DNA of 64,000 nucleotides from Sedimentisphaerales bacterium. Its GTDB lineage: Bacteria; Planctomycetota; Phycisphaerae; Sedimentisphaerales; SM23-30. Location: assembly GCA_963666285.1 (NCBI GenBank), contig OY762711.1; one strand, given 5' to 3'. Made by a program: the position numbers and the translations under genes. Position 1 is the first letter of the stretch. Each line of letters starts with the position of its first letter. The notes under the pieces were generated by a model, which was not told where the DNA came from, ran no database searches, and saw nothing but the letters and a program-made list of their open reading frames with translations. Below, one piece after another: positions 38,582-48,396 of the stretch.

Positions 38582-41500
38582 TTAATTTACACGTTCACGT
38601 TTTTCCGGTTTGAATCCAGGAATAATTGGCATCTCGTTAAAGTTTTCCTGCAGTTCTCTCATCTTTTCTTCATTTATTTTAGAAATACTCTTGAGCTGTT
38701 CAAAGTTCTGGTCACTTACTATTTCCGCTTTGACAAATACGTATAGAACTGTTCTGCCCTTGGTTTTAGATATATTTCTGAAGGCAGAACCTAATATGGG
38801 TATATCACCGAGCAGCGGTATTTTATTTTCTGTTTCTGTCCAGCTGGTCTGGGTAAGCCCGCCGAGGATGATATAAGCACCATTTGGAATGTTAACATGG
38901 GATTCCAGGTTGTTGTTTGCGGTAGAGGTGTCACTACCTTCACCGATAAAGTTGTCAACATCCAGAGTGATCTCCAACCTTAGGAATGCCTTTTCATTTT
39001 CCGGGTCATCATCAAAGACGCCAATATGCGGAGTGACAGTAAGGGTAGTACCGGCTTCTTTCCATTCAGAAACCTCGGTGATAGGTGTGTCACTACCGGC
39101 AGGGATTGTTGTGCGTTCGATAGGCCTGGAAGTAGAGCTGGTAATTGTAGCCGATTTGTTGTCAAGGGTAAGTACCCGCGGCATACTGGAGATTTCCGAG
39201 TTTGTATTGGTATTAATAGCTTCCAAAGCGGCATAGATAAAATCTTCCTTGAAGAAAGCGATTGTACCGCCGGTACCGGTTGCAACTCCATTGTCACCGA
39301 TGGAAACCCCGTCAATACTGAATGGAGAAACCCCGGAAATAGAACTGCCGTCAGGCGTGCCAAATACATCTTTTAAGGTGACGCCGAGTTTGAAAGAGTC
39401 GTCCAGAGTGATCTTTATCAGGCTGGCCTCAATAAGAACCTGCGGCATCGGGACGTCGATATCATTAATAATCGACTCTATCTCTTCCAGTTGGCGTTTA
39501 CTGCCGCGAACGGCAACAGAGAAAATATCTTCGAGTTCATGAACCGTAGGAGCCATTTCCAAACCTTTCAGTTTGGATTCACCTTCAGAGACTTCACCCT
39601 GGTCGATAAGCGGCTGGACATATAGAGAATCGAGAGCCGCCGCGACAGTGGCCGGTTCCTGGTTACGCATCTTGAAGACTTTGACCTGTCCCATAGTGTC
39701 GTCAGGTTCGACATCGATAACCTTGATCATCTCGGTTATCTCTTCATGCTGGTAAAGGGTAGCATAAATGAATAATCTATTGGTCGGTTCATGCTGGGCA
39801 ACGTATATAATCGGTTCCTCGATATTAGTCCAGGAGTCCCATTCATTGATGACAATATTCTGCCCGGAGATAGGGTCGAAGGTTTGCTGCCTAAGGTTTC
39901 TATTGTTATTGGAGTTGTATCTCTGATATTTCTGATCCAGGCTTTCACTGGTTTGAGTCAGTTCAAGATCGTCAAGAATAGTTCTAACATCGCTTACAGG
40001 TACATACTTCAACTGATGTATTTGCAGGGTCATGTTGTCATGTTTGCTAGGCGGCACATCAATAATCGGCATGAGGTCGACAATTTCGTTATACTGTTCA
40101 TTGGTCGATACAACCAGCAGGCGGTTGGTTCTATCGTCCGGCAGCAGGAATGGTCCGCGAGGTGAAACTTCAATAATCGAAGACAGTCCTTCCCGCCTGT
40201 TATACCCGCTGTTAGTGTTACGGGAACTAGCATTTCTGTTGTTGTCATTGTAGCTGTCAAGCAGGTTAGAATTTCTATTAGAGCTATTGTTGCGATTGCT
40301 GTTACTGCCGTATTGGTTTGACCTGGAGCTGCTGCCTGACTGGGGCTGTTCCTGTTCATGCAGTACAGCGAGCAGTTTAGCGACCTGGTCGGCAGCTTCA
40401 GAGCTAAGGATATATTTGAGCTGCGGAGCGATCTGCAGGTTCAGCCCGATAGATTTATCGAGTATTTTGATCATGTCATCAACCTGCTTGATCTGTTCGT
40501 CCATACCGACAACAAATAATCTGTTAAGCCTGTTGTCAGCCATGAGGAAAGGTCCTTCCTCGCCAACCTGCTGTAGAGAAGGAGAGGAAGTTCTATTATC
40601 AGAATCATTTCTGTTTGACTGTCTTTGGTTAGTGCCGAAGATATCGCTTGACCTGCCTCTGTCAATAGTGTTTTTAGTCGGATCTTCTTCGGTATTGGAG
40701 CTGAGAGCTTCAATAAGTTGGGTTATCTGTTCGGTAATAGCTTCAACTTCAACGACATCAAAGGTGAAGATTTCGAGGCGAACTTCACTGTTAGGCCATT
40801 CCTGATCGATGATTTCGACCAGTTCTTTAGCCTGGTCAATTTGTTCGCGAACACCGACAATCAGAATTCTGTTCAGGCGTTCATCAGCCAGCATGAAAGG
40901 GCCGGCATCCTCTTCATCAGAAGAAGTTTGCGGTTCAGAGGTATTATTATCGTTTCTGCCCGGAGTTCTTACTCTGTTATTTGGAGTTCTGCCGGTAATA
41001 CTAGTGTTGCTTGGAGCCTTGCCGGTAGACTGTTCGTTGATAGCGCCGATAAGTTCTTTAACTTTGCTAAGAGTGTCGGCAGCTTCAGTGTTTTCCAGTT
41101 TCAGGATTTCTAATGTGATTTCACCGCCGGGCAGAGGGACATCAAATAAAGCGAGCAATTCTTCGAACTGTTCGATCTGTTCTTTCCAACCGAGAATAAT
41201 AATACGGTTGGTCCGGTCATCAACAAGCATAAACATGCCGTCAACCTGTTCATCGTTTGAAGCTTGAGTGTTGGTTCTGCGTTGGTTTGTTGATGGTCTG
41301 GCAGTCCTGTTGTTTGGCGTTGGCTGAGTCGGTTCCGGATCGGGGCTGTCGGCCTGTTCCTGTTCGGCCTGTTCCTCGTTAATAGCTTTCATAAGCTTCT
41401 GGATCTTTTCGACAGCATTTTGCGAGTCCAGATAAACCGGAGAATAAATTTTCAGCTCAACCTGCTGGCCGCCTTTTGGTACATCAAACAGGCTTAGAAT

Positions 41501-43354
41501 ATGTTTAATATTTTTGATTTCACTTTCGGTGCCGATAATGAACAATCTTCCGGTTCGTTTATCCACCGTAATGCTGGGAGCAATAGAGCTGCTGTTGTTT
41601 GCAGGTGTTCCGGCCTGGTTGCCGCCAGTTCTGTTTCTTGCGTTATTTATTGCCTGCTGCCTTCTTTCGGCGGCAATAGCTCTAGCTCTTTCAGCAGGTG
41701 ACATACCTTCAAAGCGGTTAGGGTCTTTGTCGGGAGTTTCAGAGCTGCCGTCTTCGGCATTATTGTCGGCAGATACACCATCTTCTCCGTAGAGTTTGTT
41801 GTACATATCTTCCAGGATTTTCTTGGTATCTTCCGGCTTCAGGTAATTAGGAATGAAAATTTCAAGTTTCTTTTCCGGTCCGGATACATCAACCATTTCG
41901 ATAATGTCATTTATTCGCTTTATATTCCTGGAATAATCGGCGATAACGATTTTGTTTGTGTTAGGGATTTCGGTGATAATATCAGATGATGGAATGAATT
42001 TATCCAGTATAGGTTTTAATGTTGTCGCATATTCTATGTTATTCAGAGTTACAACTGTTGCAACGATAGTGTCGTCAGCTTTGGCATATTCTTCATCAAG
42101 ATCAGGTGAGAAGATGCCGGTGTTTTTCTGGATTTCAGTCATTTTCATGATCTTGGTATATGGTCCTTCCTTAATCATCATGTAGGGAGGATTACATTTA
42201 GCAAGAACCGAGGTCAGCAGCGGGAGCAGTTCTTCTCTCTTGATAGTGCCGTACTGCTGCAGCATGATAGAACTGGAAGGTACCTGGCCGTCTTCATACC
42301 AGAAGTTTAGCTCAAGCTCTTTACCGACGGTAAGCAGCAGTTCGCTAAGGTCGATCCTGTCGTCTTTAGTCTGGATACGGATACTGTCAGAAGGCAGTTT
42401 TTCAATGACAATATCAGCTTCTTGTTTTTCTTCATCGGCATTGACGGTCTGAGATGAGCTTTTATCAATGGTAATGTTAGTTTCCGGTTTTGGTTCTGTT
42501 TTATTGCTTGTTGAGCCGGTAGTGTCAGGTTTGGCAACAGTAGTCCTGGTTGTTACAGGTTTGACAGTAGTTCTGTTTGCAGCAGGTTTTGGAGTGTTGT
42601 TTTCAATTTCTTTGGTTTTGCTGGTTTCAGTTTTTTCTTCCTGCTTTTGCTCTACAATATTACGTGGAGGATTGACTTTTCCATTGATTTTTTTAGGGAA
42701 AATCCCGGTTGCCGGTTTAGTATTTGGATCGGTTTTATTTTCTTTAGTTTCAGGCTGTTTTTTAGCCGGTTCAGTTGCAGGAGTGGTTTGGGCATTCTTT
42801 TTTTGATTTTCTTGAATTCTTTTTTCAATTTTCTCATTAAATGCTTTTGCTTCGGGGCTATCGATGCCTTTTGTTTCCTGGATTTCAGCCATTTCAGTGA
42901 ACATTTTGAAGATTTCTTTATCTTCCTGGCTCATTGTGTCAGGCAGTTTCAGTTCTTTGAGCTTTTGAGCTTCAGTTTTTTTATTATCGTCAGCTTCTTT
43001 TTTCTGTTTTTCAGGCTCAGCCTGAGCGACCAGCAGCTCCTGGTTTGAGTTTGAACTGCCGCTGTTATTCGAACTGCTATGGGCAGTGGAAATGCCAGCG
43101 GTAACGGTGTTATGCTGAGGGGCCGGTGTATTATTGTTGTTGAAGTTACCGAATATGCCTGCAATCAAAATTCCGGCAGCAAAGGGCAGAAGAATCAACA
43201 ACGGCTGAATCTGGTATTTTTGCCGGATAAAATTATTAATTTCGACAATTTTTGAGGTAAACTCTTTTACTTTGGCGATAAACGCATTGGAAGTCGTTTT
43301 GCATGATACTTCCAGGCTTTGTTTGTCTGTATTTTTCGGTGCCATAACTATCAA
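38582..43354 (-). CDS. gspD: Giant T2SS secretin GspD (1590 aa)
   Basis: C-terminal secretin core (QVLIEA, PRVLTLDNKSA, GTTLTVTPHI, ILGGL, KIPLLGDIPILG..F); N0 plus eight Secretin_N-like repeats. Confidence 0.92.
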   Translation of the reverse strand: MIVMAPKNTDKQSLEVSCKTTSNAFIAKVKEFTSKIVEINNFIRQKYQIQPLLILLPFAAGILIAGIFGNFNNNNTPAPQHNTVTAGISTAHSSSNNSGSSNSNQELLVAQAEPEKQKKEADDNKKTEAQKLKELKLPDTMSQEDKEIFKMFTEMAEIQETKGIDSPEAKAFNEKIEKRIQENQKKNAQTTPATEPAKKQPETKENKTDPNTKPATGIFPKKINGKVNPPRNIVEQKQEEKTETSKTKEIENNTPKPAANRTTVKPVTTRTTVAKPDTTGSTSNKTEPKPETNITIDKSSSQTVNADEEKQEADIVIEKLPSDSIRIQTKDDRIDLSELLLTVGKELELNFWYEDGQVPSSSIMLQQYGTIKREELLPLLTSVLAKCNPPYMMIKEGPYTKIMKMTEIQKNTGIFSPDLDEEYAKADDTIVATVVTLNNIEYATTLKPILDKFIPSSDIITEIPNTNKIVIADYSRNIKRINDIIEMVDVSGPEKKLEIFIPNYLKPEDTKKILEDMYNKLYGEDGVSADNNAEDGSSETPDKDPNRFEGMSPAERARAIAAERRQQAINNARNRTGGNQAGTPANNSSSIAPSITVDKRTGRLFIIGTESEIKNIKHILSLFDVPKGGQQVELKIYSPVYLDSQNAVEKIQKLMKAINEEQAEQEQADSPDPEPTQPTPNNRTARPSTNQRRTNTQASNDEQVDGMFMLVDDRTNRIIILGWKEQIEQFEELLALFDVPLPGGEITLEILKLENTEAADTLSKVKELIGAINEQSTGKAPSNTSITGRTPNNRVRTPGRNDNNTSEPQTSSDEEDAGPFMLADERLNRILIVGVREQIDQAKELVEIIDQEWPNSEVRLEIFTFDVVEVEAITEQITQLIEALSSNTEEDPTKNTIDRGRSSDIFGTNQRQSNRNDSDNRTSSPSLQQVGEEGPFLMADNRLNRLFVVGMDEQIKQVDDMIKILDKSIGLNLQIAPQLKYILSSEAADQVAKLLAVLHEQEQPQSGSSSRSNQYGSNSNRNNSSNRNSNLLDSYNDNNRNASSRNTNSGYNRREGLSSIIEVSPRGPFLLPDDRTNRLLVVSTNEQYNEIVDLMPIIDVPPSKHDNMTLQIHQLKYVPVSDVRTILDDLELTQTSESLDQKYQRYNSNNNRNLRQQTFDPISGQNIVINEWDSWTNIEEPIIYVAQHEPTNRLFIYATLYQHEEITEMIKVIDVEPDDTMGQVKVFKMRNQEPATVAAALDSLYVQPLIDQGEVSEGESKLKGLEMAPTVHELEDIFSVAVRGSKRQLEEIESIINDIDVPMPQVLIEASLIKITLDDSFKLGVTLKDVFGTPDGSSISGVSPFSIDGVSIGDNGVATGTGGTIAFFKEDFIYAALEAINTNTNSEISSMPRVLTLDNKSATITSSTSRPIERTTIPAGSDTPITEVSEWKEAGTTLTVTPHIGVFDDDPENEKAFLRLEITLDVDNFIGEGSDTSTANNNLESHVNIPNGAYIILGGLTQTSWTETENKIPLLGDIPILGSAFRNISKTKGRTVLYVFVKAEIVSDQNFEQLKSISKINEEKMRELQENFNEMPIIPGFKPEKRERVN

Positions 43355-43393
43355 AGCTCCAGCTAGTTATAAAAACAGGTTTAATAATTTATA

Positions 43394-43960
43394 ATGTTTA
43401 TACTTTTTGCCAGACAAAATGTTTCCAGGCTGTCCAGTTTGTTTCGATTTTGCAAATACTCATGGCAAGCTATTGCCAGGAAATATTTGCGTTTCAATAT
43501 TCTATTTTTAGTTTTTATTACTGTTTGTATATTTATTGCGGGTTGTTCACAACCAGCTCCGGTAGAACCGGTTGAAAAAGCTGTTTCTATGCCAGAGGAA
43601 ACAGGGCATGAGGTCATTGATGAGGATACCCGTATAATCAGTAAGCTAACCGACGGCATCCTTAATTGCCTGGCAACGAACAAATATCAATGGCTCAAGC
43701 ATTATACAGTCAGCGATTTAAACGGTCCTCAGGTTGCCCGTGTCCTTGTTGGCGACGCAGCATTTGACTACAATATCACAGAATGGAATTTAAGCGAGAT
43801 CAGTATCTCATACAGCGCGGATAAAAAAGCTGCGCTGGTATCCATCCCGGTAATTTGCGTGGCCCGGGTAAATCCCAAGTACGGTCCGCAAACAGCAATA
43901 TTTAATTTTCAATTTATATATTCAGCACAACATAATCGCTGGCTGTTAAATATCAAATAG
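43394..43960 (+). CDS. Hypothetical lipoprotein on the opposite strand within the gsp cluster
   Basis: Hydrophobic stretch ending FIAG/C (lipobox-like); small alpha/beta domain. Start uncertain. Confidence 0.6.
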   Translation: MFILFARQNVSRLSSLFRFCKYSWQAIARKYLRFNILFLVFITVCIFIAGCSQPAPVEPVEKAVSMPEETGHEVIDEDTRIISKLTDGILNCLATNKYQWLKHYTVSDLNGPQVARVLVGDAAFDYNITEWNLSEISISYSADKKAALVSIPVICVARVNPKYGPQTAIFNFQFIYSAQHNRWLLNIK

Positions 43961-43988
43961 TAATGAAAGATCTATCAGAAAGAGTATT

Positions 43989-45575
43989 TCAGGATCTCGT
44001 GGTTTGAGGTCTGCGAAAGCTACTCGGTCTGTTTGGTATGGATCTTTCGGGAACTTCTTTTCCCGGAATGCTTCTATCTGGGATATTTCTTCCAGGTTCA
44101 TCAATAAGCGGCGGTTCCTGAATGTCTCTTTTTTCAAGTTCCGGTCTGCCAGGCCTGTTTTTTTCAGGTGTTGCCGGGGGGCGTACCGGTGAGTTTACTT
44201 TTTGCGTGACAGGAGCTACGGGCGGATCAGTTTTCTTAATCTGTAGTTCGTATTCGAACCCTTCTTTTTCGAAAAATGCTTTGCCCTGTCCGACAGCAAT
44301 GAGTTTGAAATCCTGAATTATCTCACCAACTTTATACCCTTCTTTATTATTAATAAATGCAACTCCATTACCGCCGCCAGTTTCAATAACGGTGACAATT
44401 TCGAATTTCGGTCCAGGAGGTTTGATCCGTACGTATTCACAGCTCATGTCGTAAGTAATTTCCTCTTCAACATTGAGCTGAACATCATCCGGTTTAGTCC
44501 ATCCCTCAACATTCTTGAAACTGATTTTGTGTTCTTTCAGTGTAACTTTTTCCCCGATCTGATCAAAGTTAAGCCATGGCCCGTTATCAATTCTCCATTG
44601 AGCAGAACTAATTCGATCATCGTTAGCAGGCTTCAGTTCAATTTTTACCTGAGCGTATGGGATAGGCAGGTATTCAGCGATAATTTCGTATGCTGTTTCT
44701 TCTTCCATATTTAACTTATAATCATCCGGTTTATCCCAGTCGGCGACATCCTTAAAACTAACAGTATAGCTACCCAATCTTGTTTTTACAGGTTCAGCAC
44801 CAAAGTTATTCCAGTTTTTCTTATCGATGGACCATTTCGCGACACTAAGAGCAGGGTTATCCTTTGGTTCAAGGCTGACATATATTTCGCCATACCTGAT
44901 AATTTCATAACTGGCAGTAATTTCGGTTGTATTGTCTTCTGTGATGTCAACGGCAACCGAGGGCTTATCCCAACCTTCGATATCTTTAAATACTATATTC
45001 TTTTTACCAACAGCAGTTTTCTGGCTTTCCTGACCACTATCGAGCCATTGTCCGTTTCCAATTTTCCATTGCGGCTTAAGTTTGAGAACTTCTTCCGGTT
45101 CGATAACGATTTTGACAGTGCCCTGTGGCGGGAGGGTGTAGACAGCCGTAATTTCGGTATTCAGGTCTTTTTTGACTTCGGCAGTGATTTTTGGACTAAT
45201 CCATTCGTCAATAGATTTGAATGTCAGGATTTTTTTTCCGGGAGAAATTTTTTCATCTTTGTCGCCGGAGTTGAGCCATGTGTTTCCACCGACACGCCAG
45301 GCGGCTCCGAGTTTACGAGCATCTTCCGGTTCGATCGTTACAGTAAGAGTTCCGAATGCAGGAGGCGGGTCCAGCCAGTGAGAAAATCCCCTGGCGGCGA
45401 GAACCGTTTCAGACTCCATATTGGATATATCATTTTCGCCAGAGCCGGCTCTGGTTGCCGGAGCTTTAAAACGAGCTTTGGAAGGGTAATCTGGGCCTGC
45501 CATAATTCCCGTTATCCAAATTGCTGCCAGTGCGATAATCAAAGCAGCATTTATGTACCAAAGCTTATTATTCAC
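43989..45575 (-). CDS. GspC/PilP-like protein with four PEGA-like beta repeats
   Basis: N-terminal TM; four repeats of G...V.IEP....W.I....W..........FK....W.KP...Y; C-terminal VAFINN..YKVGEII..FKLIAV HR-like domain; Pro/Arg-rich tail. Confidence 0.62.
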   Translation of the reverse strand: MNNKLWYINAALIIALAAIWITGIMAGPDYPSKARFKAPATRAGSGENDISNMESETVLAARGFSHWLDPPPAFGTLTVTIEPEDARKLGAAWRVGGNTWLNSGDKDEKISPGKKILTFKSIDEWISPKITAEVKKDLNTEITAVYTLPPQGTVKIVIEPEEVLKLKPQWKIGNGQWLDSGQESQKTAVGKKNIVFKDIEGWDKPSVAVDITEDNTTEITASYEIIRYGEIYVSLEPKDNPALSVAKWSIDKKNWNNFGAEPVKTRLGSYTVSFKDVADWDKPDDYKLNMEEETAYEIIAEYLPIPYAQVKIELKPANDDRISSAQWRIDNGPWLNFDQIGEKVTLKEHKISFKNVEGWTKPDDVQLNVEEEITYDMSCEYVRIKPPGPKFEIVTVIETGGGNGVAFINNKEGYKVGEIIQDFKLIAVGQGKAFFEKEGFEYELQIKKTDPPVAPVTQKVNSPVRPPATPEKNRPGRPELEKRDIQEPPLIDEPGRNIPDRSIPGKEVPERSIPNRPSSFRRPQTTRS

Positions 45576-46124
45576 AATACATTACCTCTACAAAGGTTTT
45601 CTGAACATAATGAAATATTTATCGTTTAATATTTACCAAGCCGTATAATTCATACAGGTCGAATAAACATATCGACAATTTATAAGCGCAAATATAGTTG
45701 AAACTTACAGAAAAACAGCAAAAAAAGAGGGGCAAACTACTATCTGGCTAGCAGTGCCGGTATTGATGTATATTATCGAATTCGGCTGCATCTAAAAATT
45801 CCTGGCTTATTTGGCGTTAACAGTATAAAAATCGGCGTTTTGACGGTGGAATCTGATAAGTATCTTAACCACTGTCAACTATCATGTTATCGACATTTAG
45901 CGATAGCTGTCAATAGCCAGTATGGAAGTGTAAAATAGTGTGACAAACAGCTATTTCTAGCTGTAAGTCATTCTATTTAATTAGTTTATGGAAATAAGTT
46001 CTATTTGAGATGCAGTTATATTGGGTGTGTTATTTTACAAACCTTTTACAATTGGTCACGATGCCATAACTTCAGTCTGGAGTGTGTCCGTTATTTTGGG
46101 GGGCGAGGAAGCCTATAACGACTG

Positions 46125-47321
46125 TCATAATTCGGTATAGCCTCCGAATTTTTGGACTTTATGTTCGATCATAATATTTTCTTTTGGCAGATCGATAGCT
46201 ATGCCGGTGTATCCCTTCTCAAATTTATAGGAATGGTTTCTCATGCCATCAAAAGCTAAAACGTCTCCTGGCTGAATCTCAAATTCACCGTCTTCAATAG
46301 AAACAGTCATTTTACCTTCAAGAGGTACATGCAATTCCAGGCAGAATGGATGGTTGGGGTCAGAAAATAACTCTTTGTTATGTTGATCGCATTTCAGTAA
46401 ATGGAAATGCAGGTTGTGATTTGTTTCTGTAACGAGAGTAGATCCCTTATATTCCGATTTGTTTACGGTTGTAGGAATTTTTTGGGCCATTGTAAATAGA
46501 TTTACCGTGGTTTCGTTTAAGACCGTCGATAATGCCGATATGGTTGCGAGAGAAGGAGCGCGTTTATTGTTTTCTATTAGTGAAATAGCAGAAGTTGATA
46601 GACCAGCAGCTTCTGCGAGCGTATCCAGGCTCATATTTTTTGTGTTTCTCAGGAACTTTATGAAAGAGAAATCCATATCATCTTTACAAATACTGATTTC
46701 TTTTTCGCTATCGAGGTGTTTTGGATAGGTTTCAAGTATAGTAGCCAAATCTTCGAGCGGGTTATGATTATGATGAAAATTGCATTTATTTTTAAGAATT
46801 GTAATAACCTTACAATGGTCTTTAACTGTAGTGACCCTTTTGGATAATCCGCTTAAACTGATGCATTCGTTTGGCATAACAGAATAATCTTCACCGTCAA
46901 TATTGACATTAAATGAACCATCAATAGCATAAGTAAAAACATTAAAGTAAGGTAATCTGGCGAGGCAAATGTCATCTACGGGCTGGCCGACAGATATTAT
47001 GCCAATATAATAGCCGTTATACTCATAAAATTTAATACTATGGTCAATTTCACTGTCCAGTTTAATATCATTAACTTCCAACATTGCAGATTTAAAGCGA
47101 TGAGAGAGGCTAACATATTTGGAGAAATCAATATCCAAAGCCTGAATAAGTGCTGTAATAGTAGAGAGAGATGCCGGAAAACGGTTTTGTTCAACGTTCA
47201 GGATGGTTTGTTGGGTGATGCCTGATTTTTCAGCGAGTTCTCTTCTACTCCATTTTTTTTTCTCACGAAGAGTTTTTATAATACTCTGATCGTAGTCTTC
47301 CACATTACCTTGCGGTTTCAT
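46125..47321 (-). CDS. Transcription regulator with tandem (XRE HTH + cupin) x2
   Basis: IKTLREKKKWSRRELAEKSGIT..NVEQN and IKFLRNTKNMSLDTLAEAAGLS..LIENN..PSL, each followed by a cupin-like domain (GDVLAFDG..HSY). Confidence 0.82.
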   Translation of the reverse strand: MKPQGNVEDYDQSIIKTLREKKKWSRRELAEKSGITQQTILNVEQNRFPASLSTITALIQALDIDFSKYVSLSHRFKSAMLEVNDIKLDSEIDHSIKFYEYNGYYIGIISVGQPVDDICLARLPYFNVFTYAIDGSFNVNIDGEDYSVMPNECISLSGLSKRVTTVKDHCKVITILKNKCNFHHNHNPLEDLATILETYPKHLDSEKEISICKDDMDFSFIKFLRNTKNMSLDTLAEAAGLSTSAISLIENNKRAPSLATISALSTVLNETTVNLFTMAQKIPTTVNKSEYKGSTLVTETNHNLHFHLLKCDQHNKELFSDPNHPFCLELHVPLEGKMTVSIEDGEFEIQPGDVLAFDGMRNHSYKFEKGYTGIAIDLPKENIMIEHKVQKFGGYTEL

Positions 47322-48396
47322 CGTGCTGTTTCCTTATATCATGGTGTAATTCAGTGTGTGTGTATGTGCGCACGCGCACAGGCATTGAGTGTCTTTTAGC
47401 AGGATTTTTAGTATTAGCTGCTAGCTAAAAGGATTGTATCCTTCTCATATTACAAATATCGTAATAAACCTTCTGTAAATTCAAGTGGAAATTATATTAT
47501 TTCTATTTTGGCAATTTTTGTCATGTAAACAAGTATTTTTTTTAGCAAAATACTACAAGAACAACTTTTTTTTTATATGTAATGTAAATCTTAACAATTT
47601 TATATGCTTTTGGCCTGAATATGTTAAAAGCCAATGTTTTGAAAAAAGCGAGAAATGTTGGAAAACAATGGTTTAAGCAGGCGAAATATTTGATTTATTT
47701 AGATTAAGGGCTTCGTATTCGCATAAAAAAGGATTTTTAGAGGCAAAGTATGAAAACTGGATATTTCTTTCCTGAAAATAGTGAAATCGTCCATTTAACA
47801 CCGCTAATCGCTTTCCAAATAGAGTAAAAGTTTGTATTTAGTTATATGCGAAAAATGTTAGGAAAATTGTGATGAGGAATGTAAAAAAGCTTCAGAGGTT
47901 TGTTTGACATTGTTTTAATGATGAAAGGCCCTTTTATGTGTTTTGGAAAGCGAATGCCAGAAAGAAGCGAGGAGACATGCAGTTTGTGTGAAAAGGGCGA
48001 TATGTTTTTTTGGCAGACAGTGTAAAAAGTTTTTTAAAAAATAGCAGTTAAATGTAAATGGTTGGTATTCGGCTATATATTGTACTTTGCATAAATGGTT
48101 AAAAGTTATTATATTTGCCGGCAGGCGTAGAAAGATTTTAATTTATTGTTAATTTATGTTTTGAGTGTGAATAAATTTACATTATCTGATGTTTGGTGTT
48201 AAAAAACGCATAATATATACGCTAAATATTTCATGTTTATTTGTAGTTGTAGTGAATTTTGGGTTAAAAAATAAAATATAAAAATAATGTGGAAGTATAC
48301 AATTTTTGTTGGCTATGGGAATATAATTAAAAATGCAGAGTATTGCATGTAATTACAATTCATAAGAAATTTAACCCGTTTTATATGGAGGTCATC

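Noticed and set aside
47485..47676. 63-aa ORF in the AT-rich intergenic region
   Set aside because: F/K/N-rich composition typical of AT-rich non-coding DNA; no RBS.
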